This document shows positions 57,040-64,000 of a DNA stretch of 64,000 nt, piece after piece (position 1 is the stretch's first letter; every line of letters begins with the position of its first letter). A program made the position numbers and the translations under genes. The stretch is from Longimicrobiales bacterium. GTDB lineage: Bacteria > Gemmatimonadota > Gemmatimonadetes > Longimicrobiales > RSA9. Location of the stretch: the NCBI GenBank assembly GCA_036381495.1, contig DASVCS010000032.1, forward strand, positions 10,448 to 74,447, read 5' to 3'. The notes under the pieces are model-generated. The model had not been told where the DNA came from and did no database searches. It was given only the letters and a program-made list of their open reading frames with translations.

Positions 57040-58641
57040 TTACGGCCGGCGACTCGACTCTTCCGCGCTGATCATGCGCGCGAGTTCGACCCGCCGGACC
57101 TTCCCGCTCCCCGTGAGCGGGAACGAGTCGAGGAAGCGGACCAGGTCCGGAACCTTGTAGTCCGCGAGCGCCCCCCGACACCACTCCATGATCTCGTCGC
57201 CCGTGACGATCGCGCCCTCCACCGGGACGACGCACGCGCAGACCAACTCACCGAGCACTTCGTGCGGCACCCCGACCACCGCGGCATCCAGCACCGCGGG
57301 ATGGGCCTGCAACCGGTCCTCGACCTCACGCGGGTAGACGTTGAACCCGCCCCGGATGATCAACTCCTTCCGCCGGCCGACGATGTGGACGTAACCCTCC
57401 TCGTCGACCAACCCGAGATCCCCGGTCAGGAAGAAGCCATCCTCCGCGAACGCCTGCGACGTCTCGCCCGGCTGGCGGTAGTACCCCTTCATCACGCCGG
57501 GGCCCCGCACCGCCAGCTCACCCAGACTCTCGATCGGCAACACGGTCCCGTCCAGGTCGAGCGCACGCACTTCGGTCCCCGGCAACGGCCGGCCGACCGT
57601 GAACACCTGCTTCTCGACCGGATCGTCCGGTCGCGTCACCGAGACCGTCGACGCCGTCTCCACCAGCGAGTACGCCACCTGGAGGTTCGGGCAGAACTCC
57701 GCCCGAATGGTCCGCACCATCTCATCGCCAATCGGCGCGCCCGCCACGATCCCCGCCCGCAACGACGAGAGGTCCCGCGGCTCGTGCCGCCACTCCCGCA
57801 ACTCCGCGATGAAGACCGTCGGCACGCCGTAGTGCACCGTCACACGGTGCCGCTCGATCAGCGCAAGCGCCTCATCCGGCAGGAACTGCTCCTGGAGGAT
57901 GAGCGACGCACCCGAGAGCAGCGTCCCGAGCACGCCCGGACCCAGGCCGAAGACGTCGAACAGCGTCGTCACCCCGAACACCACGTCGTCCTGCGTCAGG
58001 CCAATGGCGTCGACGGTGTGCGCCGCGGTGGTCAGCAGGTTCCGGTGCGTGAGCGCCACGCCCTTCGGCTTCCCCATCGTCCCCGAGGTGTAGAGGATGG
58101 CGAACACCTCGTCTTCGGGGGATACCCCGATCGGCGGCAACGCACGCCCCTCGCCGCTCGAGACAAGATCCTCGTACTGGTAGATCCGGTCGTCGTACCA
58201 GAGGTCCTCCTCGCCCACCGTGACCAGGTATTGCAGGTCGGGCAGCGAGGTCAGGAACCCCTCGAACAGCTCCAGATAGTCTACGCCGGCGAACGACTCC
58301 ACCGTGACCACCACTGCGGCTTCGGAATGCCGCAGCATGTACTGGAGCTCCGCTACCGTGTAATGGGGGTTCAACGGCACGATCACCGCGCCCAGCTTCG
58401 CCGCCGCGAACATGGACACGATGAACTCCGGCCAGTTGGGCAGGTCCAGGGCAATCCGGTCGCCCGCCTCGATGCCCAGTCCGCTCAAAGCGGCGGCGAG
58501 CGCCGTGGCCCGCGCTTCGACCTGTCCATACGTCAGTCGACGATCGCCGAAGACCAGGAACACGCGCTCGGGATGCTCCGCCGCGCGTTGTTCCAGGACC
58601 TGGGCGACCGACATGTTCGCCCGCTCGGCGAGCGTCATCAC
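57040..58641 (-). CDS. AMP-dependent acyl-CoA synthetase/ligase
   Basis: ANL superfamily motifs (YTSGTMGKPKGV, GYYRQPGETS, TGDLG, GGFNVYPREVE, GKVRR). Confidence 0.85.
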   Translation of the reverse strand: MMTLAERANMSVAQVLEQRAAEHPERVFLVFGDRRLTYGQVEARATALAAALSGLGIEAGDRIALDLPNWPEFIVSMFAAAKLGAVIVPLNPHYTVAELQYMLRHSEAAVVVTVESFAGVDYLELFEGFLTSLPDLQYLVTVGEEDLWYDDRIYQYEDLVSSGEGRALPPIGVSPEDEVFAILYTSGTMGKPKGVALTHRNLLTTAAHTVDAIGLTQDDVVFGVTTLFDVFGLGPGVLGTLLSGASLILQEQFLPDEALALIERHRVTVHYGVPTVFIAELREWRHEPRDLSSLRAGIVAGAPIGDEMVRTIRAEFCPNLQVAYSLVETASTVSVTRPDDPVEKQVFTVGRPLPGTEVRALDLDGTVLPIESLGELAVRGPGVMKGYYRQPGETSQAFAEDGFFLTGDLGLVDEEGYVHIVGRRKELIIRGGFNVYPREVEDRLQAHPAVLDAAVVGVPHEVLGELVCACVVPVEGAIVTGDEIMEWCRGALADYKVPDLVRFLDSFPLTGSGKVRRVELARMISAEESSRRP

Positions 58642-58709
58642 GCCTCCGTCGCAATGCCTGCGAGCCGTGCCGGTCCCGCCCGGCCGGCCGTGCCGCTCCG
58701 CAGATACGG

Positions 58710-58738
58710 AACATAGCGGAGCGATGCACGGGCGTCAA
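58710..58738 (-). promoter_or_regulatory. Sigma-70-type promoter of the acyl-CoA synthetase gene
   Basis: The minus strand reads TTGACG-N17-TATGTT, about 65 nt upstream of the ATG. Confidence 0.5.
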
Positions 58739-58750
58739 ACCTCGACACGA

Positions 58751-59893
58751 TCAACACATACCCCCGAACGACCGGTCCGTTCGGCGCTGGAGCGCCGAAA
58801 GCACGCCCTCGAGCCGTCCCGGCTCGAGCCGAAACGCCCACTCGCCGGCCTCGGTCCGGGCGACCTCGCCGATGCGCGCGAGGAGCGTGTAGCGGGCGTG
58901 CCCACGCCTGGCCTTCTTGTCGCTGCGCGCCGCCTCGAGCACCGCGCGCGGCGCGGTGCCGTCGGGCAACTCGACGGGCAGATCGAAGCGTTGCAGCACC
59001 CCGCGGAGACTGGCCGCCGCGCCGGGCGCCGTCACGCCCACCGATTCCCCCGCGGCGGCCTCGGCGACCATGCCGATGGCCACGGCGGCGCCGTGCGAGA
59101 TCCCGAAGTCGGTGACCGACTCGATCGCGTGGCCGATCGTGTGCCCGAAGTTGAGCGCCTGCCGCGGCCCGGCCTCGCGGAGGTCGCGTGCGACGAAACC
59201 GGCCTTGATCCGGACCGACCGGCGGATCAGCCGGGCCAGCGGGCGCGGTTCGCGGCGCAACAGCGCGGCCGCCGCCCCCTCGATCCACCGGAGGTAGCGC
59301 GCATCCGCGATCGCGCCGTGCTTCACCGCTTCGGCCATGCCATTGCGGAACTCCGCTTCGGGCAACGTTTGGAGAACCGCGGGGTCGGCGATCACGATGC
59401 GCGGCGGATGGAACGCGCCGACCAGGTTCTTCCCCGCGGGCGTGTCCACGCCGGTCTTGCCCCCCACGGAGGCATCCACCATGGCGAGCAGCGATGTCGG
59501 CACCTGCACGACCGGGATGCCGCGCATGTACGTCGCCGCGATGAAGCCGGCCAGATCGCCGGTGACCCCGCCGCCCAGCGCGATCACGGCGCCGTCGCGC
59601 GCCAGCCCCTCGCCGAGGAGCGCATCCGTGAGACGCGCCCAGACTTCGCGCGTCTTCCGCGCCTCGCCCGCCCGGAAAGTGTGCAGACTCGCACGAATCC
59701 CCGCCGCCGCCAGGCCGTCCAACACCCCCGCGCCGTACAACGCCGCCACCGCGTCATCGGCCACGACGGCGTAGCGAAACGCCGGCGCGGCCTCCTTCAC
59801 GAGCGCAGGGAGGCGCCCCAGAACGCCGGGCTCGACGATCACGTCGTAGTCCGCCGGAGGCGGCGGCGCCACGGGGATCCGGATGCGTGTCAC
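58751..59893 (-). CDS. aroB: 3-dehydroquinate synthase
   Basis: GGGVTGDLAGFIAATYMRGI, PTSLLAMVDASVGGKTG, NFGHTIGHAIE. Confidence 0.9.
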   Translation of the reverse strand: MTRIRIPVAPPPPADYDVIVEPGVLGRLPALVKEAAPAFRYAVVADDAVAALYGAGVLDGLAAAGIRASLHTFRAGEARKTREVWARLTDALLGEGLARDGAVIALGGGVTGDLAGFIAATYMRGIPVVQVPTSLLAMVDASVGGKTGVDTPAGKNLVGAFHPPRIVIADPAVLQTLPEAEFRNGMAEAVKHGAIADARYLRWIEGAAAALLRREPRPLARLIRRSVRIKAGFVARDLREAGPRQALNFGHTIGHAIESVTDFGISHGAAVAIGMVAEAAAGESVGVTAPGAAASLRGVLQRFDLPVELPDGTAPRAVLEAARSDKKARRGHARYTLLARIGEVARTEAGEWAFRLEPGRLEGVLSALQRRTDRSFGGMC

Positions 59894-59903
59894 GGGCGGC
59901 CGT

Positions 59904-60122
59904 TCACCGGCGCAGGAGCAGGTTGAGCAGCAACGTGAGCAGCACGCTGAGCAGGATCATCACGCCGAGCGGTACGTAGATCGTGACGTTGTCGCGGCGC
60001 CAGACGATGTCGCCCGGCAGCCGCCCCACGCCGAAACGGTCCAGCGCGAGCAGCACGAGACCCGCCACCGCGAGCAACACCGCGAGAACCAGGAAGAGCC
60101 GTCCCACGCCGCCCGTCGTCAT
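59904..60122 (-). CDS. DUF2905-like small membrane protein
   Basis: 72 aa with two TM helices and the conserved GRLPGDIVWRRDNVTIYVP motif. The ATG overlaps the upstream stop. Confidence 0.6.
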   Translation of the reverse strand: MTTGGVGRLFLVLAVLLAVAGLVLLALDRFGVGRLPGDIVWRRDNVTIYVPLGVMILLSVLLTLLLNLLLRR

Positions 60123-61264
60123 GCGCACCGCTCCCGCTGCACCCGCCGGCGATCGGCACCCGTCCCCAGCAGCGTTTCCGCGGTCAGCCAGTGCACCAGC
60201 GGCTCGAGTCCGACGCACTGGCGCGCGACGCGTCGCATCCGATCCGCGCCGTTGCCGCGTTCGAGCAGCGCCTCGATCCCTTCCGGCATCGCACCATCTT
60301 CGAGGGCCTCCGCAATGCGCCCCACCTGGTCGATCAGCCGGCGGACGGCCGACCGCATCGGGATCCGGCCGCCCGGCGCATCCGGGTCGACGAGCCACGC
60401 ATCCAGGCCGTAGCGCGCGGCGCGCCACTCGTTCCCGGCCAGGAGCAGTTGCGCCGCGCTCTCCGAGAAATCGGCCGTGCGCGGCTCCTCGAGCACGCCC
60501 TCGTCGGCCGCCACGATCAGTGCGCGCGCGAGCGCGGCAATGGCGACGGCGTCATCCAGACGCGGGCAGACGTCGGTCACGCGGAACTCGAGCGTCGGGT
60601 AGACCGCGTGCGGGCGCACGCCCCAGTAGAGGTTGCGTTCATCGCCGATGGTCTCGGTGCGCAGCAGCAGCTCGACGAGGCGACGGTACTCCCGGTCGGA
60701 TGCGAGCCGCGGCGGCACGCCCGAGTTCGGCCAGCGCCGCCAGAGGATCATTCGATACGACGCGTACTGGCTGTCCTCGCCCTCGTAGAACGGAGAGCTG
60801 CTCGCCAGCGCCAGCAGGCACGGCGTGTAGTGGCGGACCACGTTCAGCAGGTGGATCCGGTCCCGGCTCGGCGGGATCGCGACGTGTACGTGCATCCCGA
60901 AGTTGTGCTCGTCCCGGGCGATCCGACCGTAGTTCTCGGCGATCTTGCGGTAGCGCTCGCCACGGGTCGACCGCTGGCCCTCCCACCGGCTGAAGGGGTG
61001 CGTCCCCGCTGCCGCGATCTCCAGACCCTCGGCCGCCGCCGTCGTCGCCACCTGGAAGCGCAGCCGGCGCAGTTCCCGATCGAGTTCCGCCGCGGTGCGG
61101 CAGATGCGGGTCCCGATCTCGAGCGTCGTCTCCTGCAACTCGGGTCGGATCTCCGCGCTCCAATCGCTCGTCAGCACGTCCCGGGCGCGGCTCCGGAGAG
61201 CGCCCGTCTCGGCGTCCACCAACTGGTACTCTTCTTCGACGCCGAGCGTGAAATCGCCTGTCAT
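60119..61264 (-). CDS. Carboxylate-amine ligase (YbdK / glutamate-cysteine ligase family 2)
   Basis: Starts MTGDFTLGVEEEYQLVD, then ELQETTLEIGT and FGMHVHV. GCS2 family pattern. Substrate unknown. Confidence 0.8.
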   Translation of the reverse strand: MTGDFTLGVEEEYQLVDAETGALRSRARDVLTSDWSAEIRPELQETTLEIGTRICRTAAELDRELRRLRFQVATTAAAEGLEIAAAGTHPFSRWEGQRSTRGERYRKIAENYGRIARDEHNFGMHVHVAIPPSRDRIHLLNVVRHYTPCLLALASSSPFYEGEDSQYASYRMILWRRWPNSGVPPRLASDREYRRLVELLLRTETIGDERNLYWGVRPHAVYPTLEFRVTDVCPRLDDAVAIAALARALIVAADEGVLEEPRTADFSESAAQLLLAGNEWRAARYGLDAWLVDPDAPGGRIPMRSAVRRLIDQVGRIAEALEDGAMPEGIEALLERGNGADRMRRVARQCVGLEPLVHWLTAETLLGTGADRRRVQRERCA

Positions 61265-61399
61265 TCTACACGCCCGCGGAACTGAGCGTCTCCTTCCGGC
61301 CGCGAAGTTAGCCGCCCCCTCGCATCGGAGCAAGGAAGGGGCCGCGGGTGGCCGGCCCGGGGCACTTCCCTTCCGGTGGGCGGTGCGTTATGATGAATC

Positions 61400-61506
61400 C
61401 GGGTGTGCGTGCGGTGCGGTCCGCACCGGCACCCGACCGAAATTGATGACAATTGCGCCCCGCGCGACCGCAAGGCCGCGTCTCCCGTGGAGGAGGCGCG
61501 TTTTTT
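61400..61506 (+). promoter_or_regulatory. Structured leader upstream of the ATP-grasp operon (hairpins plus T6 run)
   Basis: An interrupted palindrome cgggtg..ggtgcgg-t-ccgcacc..cacccg (61400-61434). A GCAA-tetraloop hairpin cgcgacc-gcaa-ggccgcg (61463-61480). A short CTCC/GGAG stem followed by TTTTTT (61501-61506), a T-run that is exceptional in this GC-rich window, 30 nt before the ATG. Confidence 0.3.
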
Positions 61507-61535
61507 CGTAGGGGCGTACGCTCGCAGTCGAGACG

Positions 61536-62636
61536 ATGACGCGCCGGATCGGCTTCGCGTACAACGAGAAGCCCAACGAGGAGGACGAGCCTCCGAGCGA
61601 AGACCGCCCCCCATCCACGGCGGACCTCCGCGCGCCGGTGGTCGCCCCCGAGGGGAACCGTGGCCGGCGCCTCCATCCTCCGCCCCACGACCGCTACGCG
61701 GAGTGGGACGAACCCGCCACCATCGACGCCGTCGCCTCCGCGCTGCGCCGCGCGGGCGAGGTCATCCGGCTCGAGGCGGATGCGGAGTTCCCGCTGAAGT
61801 TGCGGGACGCCCGCCCGGACATCGTCTTCAACATCGCCGAGGGGCTGCACGGCCCCAACCGCGAGGCCCACGTCCCCGCCATCTGCGAGTTCCTCGACGT
61901 TCCCTATACCGGAAGCGACCCGCTGACCCTGGGGCTGGCGCTCGACAAGCGGCGCGCGAAGGAGGTGTTCCTCGCGCGCGGGATCCGGACGCCGGCGTTC
62001 GCGGTCATCGACGGGGCGCCGGAGGCGCCTCCCTTCCCGCTCCCGGCGATCGTGAAGCCGCTCTGCGAAGGGTCCAGCAAGGGGATCCCGGCGGCGGCGT
62101 ACTGCGAGACCGCTCCCGCCGTCCGGCGGCGTGCACGAGAGATCCTCGAGGAATACCACCAGCCCGCGCTGGTCGAGCAGTTCCTCCCCGGCCGCGAGTT
62201 CACCTGCGCCGTCCTGGGCAACGGCCCATCGGCGCGCGTGCTCCCGCCGGTCGAGATCCGGTTCGATGCGCTCCCCGCGGACGTCCCGCCGATCTACGGC
62301 TACGAGGCGAAGTGGGTGTGGGACACGCCCGAGGCGCCCCTCGCGATCTTCGACTGCCCCGCCCGACTCGACGCGAGACTCGAACGCGCGTTGCGGCAGA
62401 CGGCGCTCGCGGCCTATCGAGCCCTCGGTTGCCGCGACTGGGCACGCATCGATCTCCGGCTCGACGCCGGAGGCGCGCCCCATGTGATCGAGATCAATCC
62501 GTTGCCGGGGATCCTCCCGGATCCTCGTCAGAACTCGTGCTTCCCGAAAGCCGCCCGAGCCGCCGGGATCGATTACGACACGCTGATCCTCACGGTCCTG
62601 GACAGCGCGCTACGGCGATACGGGATGGCTTCATGA
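61536..62636 (+). CDS. ATP-grasp enzyme, D-alanine--D-alanine ligase-like family (paralog 1)
   Basis: Ddl-like pre-ATP-grasp (FNIAEGLHGPNREAHVPAICEFLDVPYTGS, DKRRAKEVF) and an ATP-grasp core (AIVKPLCEGSSKGI, VEQFLPGREF, ARIDLRLD, IEINPLPG). An unusual acidic/Pro-rich insertion lies near the N-terminus. Confidence 0.8.
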   Translation: MTRRIGFAYNEKPNEEDEPPSEDRPPSTADLRAPVVAPEGNRGRRLHPPPHDRYAEWDEPATIDAVASALRRAGEVIRLEADAEFPLKLRDARPDIVFNIAEGLHGPNREAHVPAICEFLDVPYTGSDPLTLGLALDKRRAKEVFLARGIRTPAFAVIDGAPEAPPFPLPAIVKPLCEGSSKGIPAAAYCETAPAVRRRAREILEEYHQPALVEQFLPGREFTCAVLGNGPSARVLPPVEIRFDALPADVPPIYGYEAKWVWDTPEAPLAIFDCPARLDARLERALRQTALAAYRALGCRDWARIDLRLDAGGAPHVIEINPLPGILPDPRQNSCFPKAARAAGIDYDTLILTVLDSALRRYGMAS

Positions 62637-63604
62637 GAATCGCGATCCTGTACGGTGACGTCGAGGGGCGCGCCGGCGCGCCCCCGGACGAACGCGCTGT
62701 GATGGAGGCCGTCGAAGCGGTCCATATCGCGCTGCGCGACCTCGGCCACGAGCCGATTCGCCTGCCGGTCGGCGGTGCCGTCCCGGACTGGACCCCCATC
62801 CTCGTCGAGAGCGGCGCGGATCTCGTCTTCAACCTCTGCGAGGGGACGAACGGCTCGAGCGCGAACGAATGGCGCGTCGCCGCCGTCATCGAGCTGCTCG
62901 GCCTCCCCATGACCGGCAGCCCGGCGGAGACGCTCGCGCTGGCGCGCCGTAAGGACCGTGTCAACGCGCTCCTGTCCGATGCGGGGATCCCCGTCCCGGC
63001 CTGGGCGCCGGTCCCGCCGGACGGCCGCCTCGTCGGGTGGGACCGCTTCCCCGCGATCATCAAGCCCGCCGGTGAAGACGGCTCGGTCGGCATCACGCAG
63101 CGGTCGGTGGTGGGAGATGGCGCCGCACTCGAAGCGGAGGTCGCCGCCTCGAACGGCGGCTCGGAACGCCGGCCTCTCCTGGTGCAGGAGTTCCTGCCGG
63201 GCCGCGAGCTGGCGGTCGGCTTCGTCGGAGACCGCGTGCTGTCCGTCGCCGAGATCGATTTCGCCAGGATGCCGGACGGCGCCTGGCCCCTCGTCGACTA
63301 CGACGCCAAATGGCGACCCGGCTCCGCCGCGGACGCCGGCACCGTCTCCCGCTGCCCCGCGCGCCTCGCGCCCGCGCTGCGCAACCGCGCCATCCACCTG
63401 GCCCGCGCGGCGTGGCACCTCCTCGAGGGGCGTGGCTACGGCCGCGTGGACCTCCGCGCCGACGGCCGCGGACGCCTCCACGTGCTCGACGTCAACCCCA
63501 ATCCGGACCTCGCTCCGGGAGCCGGCCTCTCCCGCATGGCCGCCGCCGACGGGTGGGGGTACACCGACCTTGTGCGCCACATCATCGCCGAGGCGATCCG
63601 CTGA
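62633..63604 (+). CDS. ATP-grasp enzyme, D-alanine--D-alanine ligase-like family (paralog 2)
   Basis: The ATG overlaps the upstream TGA. FNLCEGTNGSSANEWRVAAVIELLGLPMTGS, AIIKPAGEDGSVGI, VQEFLPGRE, GRVDLRAD, LDVNPNPD. Confidence 0.8.
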   Translation: MRIAILYGDVEGRAGAPPDERAVMEAVEAVHIALRDLGHEPIRLPVGGAVPDWTPILVESGADLVFNLCEGTNGSSANEWRVAAVIELLGLPMTGSPAETLALARRKDRVNALLSDAGIPVPAWAPVPPDGRLVGWDRFPAIIKPAGEDGSVGITQRSVVGDGAALEAEVAASNGGSERRPLLVQEFLPGRELAVGFVGDRVLSVAEIDFARMPDGAWPLVDYDAKWRPGSAADAGTVSRCPARLAPALRNRAIHLARAAWHLLEGRGYGRVDLRADGRGRLHVLDVNPNPDLAPGAGLSRMAAADGWGYTDLVRHIIAEAIR

Positions 63605-64000
63605 GCACCGCCCGCGTCGCCCCAGTCGAGCCGCGCCACCGCGAGGCCATCGCCGGGATCCTCCGCGAAACCGGCATGTTCCGCGACGACGAGATCCACG
63701 TCGCGCTCGAAGTCCTCGACGCCTACTTCCGCCAACCCGAGCAGGACTACACCGCCCTGGGCGCCTTCACCCCCGGCGGCACGCTGCTCGGCTACACCTG
63801 TTACGGCCCCACGCCCTGCACGCACGGCACCTGGGATCTCTACTGGATCGCCGTGGCGCCGCGCGCGCAGAACGCCGGGATCGGAACGCTGCTCCTCCAG
63901 GAGGTCGAACGAAGGCTCGCCCGGATCCATGCTCGACTCGTGCTCATCGAAACCTCGGCCCGGCCGCTCTACGAGCCGACCCGCGCGTTCTACCGGCAGC
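63601..64000 (+). CDS. GNAT-family N-acetyltransferase (3' partial at window end)
   Basis: My translation reads ...EPRHREAIAGILRETGMFRDDEIHVALEVLDAY...WDLYWIAVAPRAQNAGIGTLLLQEVERRL... (acetyl-CoA-binding Q/R-x-x-G-x-G/A motif). The start is uncertain (CTG 63601 overlapping the upstream stop, or GTG 63553). Confidence 0.6.
   Translation, partial: MSTARVAPVEPRHREAIAGILRETGMFRDDEIHVALEVLDAYFRQPEQDYTALGAFTPGGTLLGYTCYGPTPCTHGTWDLYWIAVAPRAQNAGIGTLLLQEVERRLARIHARLVLIETSARPLYEPTRAFYRQ

Noticed and set aside
61403-63604. 733-aa ORF spanning both ATP-grasp genes.
   Set aside because: The N-terminal ~410 codons are an Arg/Pro-rich off-frame shadow of ATP-grasp paralog 1. The real gene starts at ATG 62633, which overlaps the upstream TGA.

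Overview
This is a very GC-rich bacterial chromosomal segment, densely coded and mostly on the minus strand. I cannot assign a taxon from sequence alone. Three blocks stand out.

(1) 3.2-22.5 kb holds a flagellar/chemotaxis regulon. The regulatory and signalling genes look intact: flgM, cheY, cheZ, fliS, flgN, a FlgJ-type rod-binding gene, fliA, a sigma-54 response regulator, cheB, cheR, an MCP, cheW and cheA. Three well-conserved sigma-28 promoters are also present. Every structural or assembly gene I can recognise (motA, fliD, flgI, flgL, fliW, flhG) survives only as a truncated, fused or frameshifted remnant.

(2) 29.9-46.6 kb is a complete dcw cluster: mraZ-rsmH-ftsL-ftsI-murE-murF-mraY-murD-ftsW-murG-murC-ftsQ-ftsA-ftsZ. 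It has an MraZ-box operator and lacks murB and ddl.

(3) The rest is housekeeping and accessory genes: asnS, recG, ftsY, uvrD, aroB, an acyl-CoA ligase, mpg, a dipeptidase, a NYN/LOTUS protein, and a YbdK / double ATP-grasp / GNAT cluster.

The most unusual signal is a family of modular, G-tract-rich repeat elements that I do not recognise, with 5 copies in the window. They have (GGGCTR)n termini and canonical G-quadruplex motifs. One copy is inserted in frame inside murF. Two inverted copies bracket an M23 peptidase gene, and one of these supplies the ftsZ stop codon.

I found no tRNA/rRNA genes, CRISPR arrays, prophage or recognisable defence systems. All homology calls are by-eye motif recognition and need HMM/BLAST confirmation.
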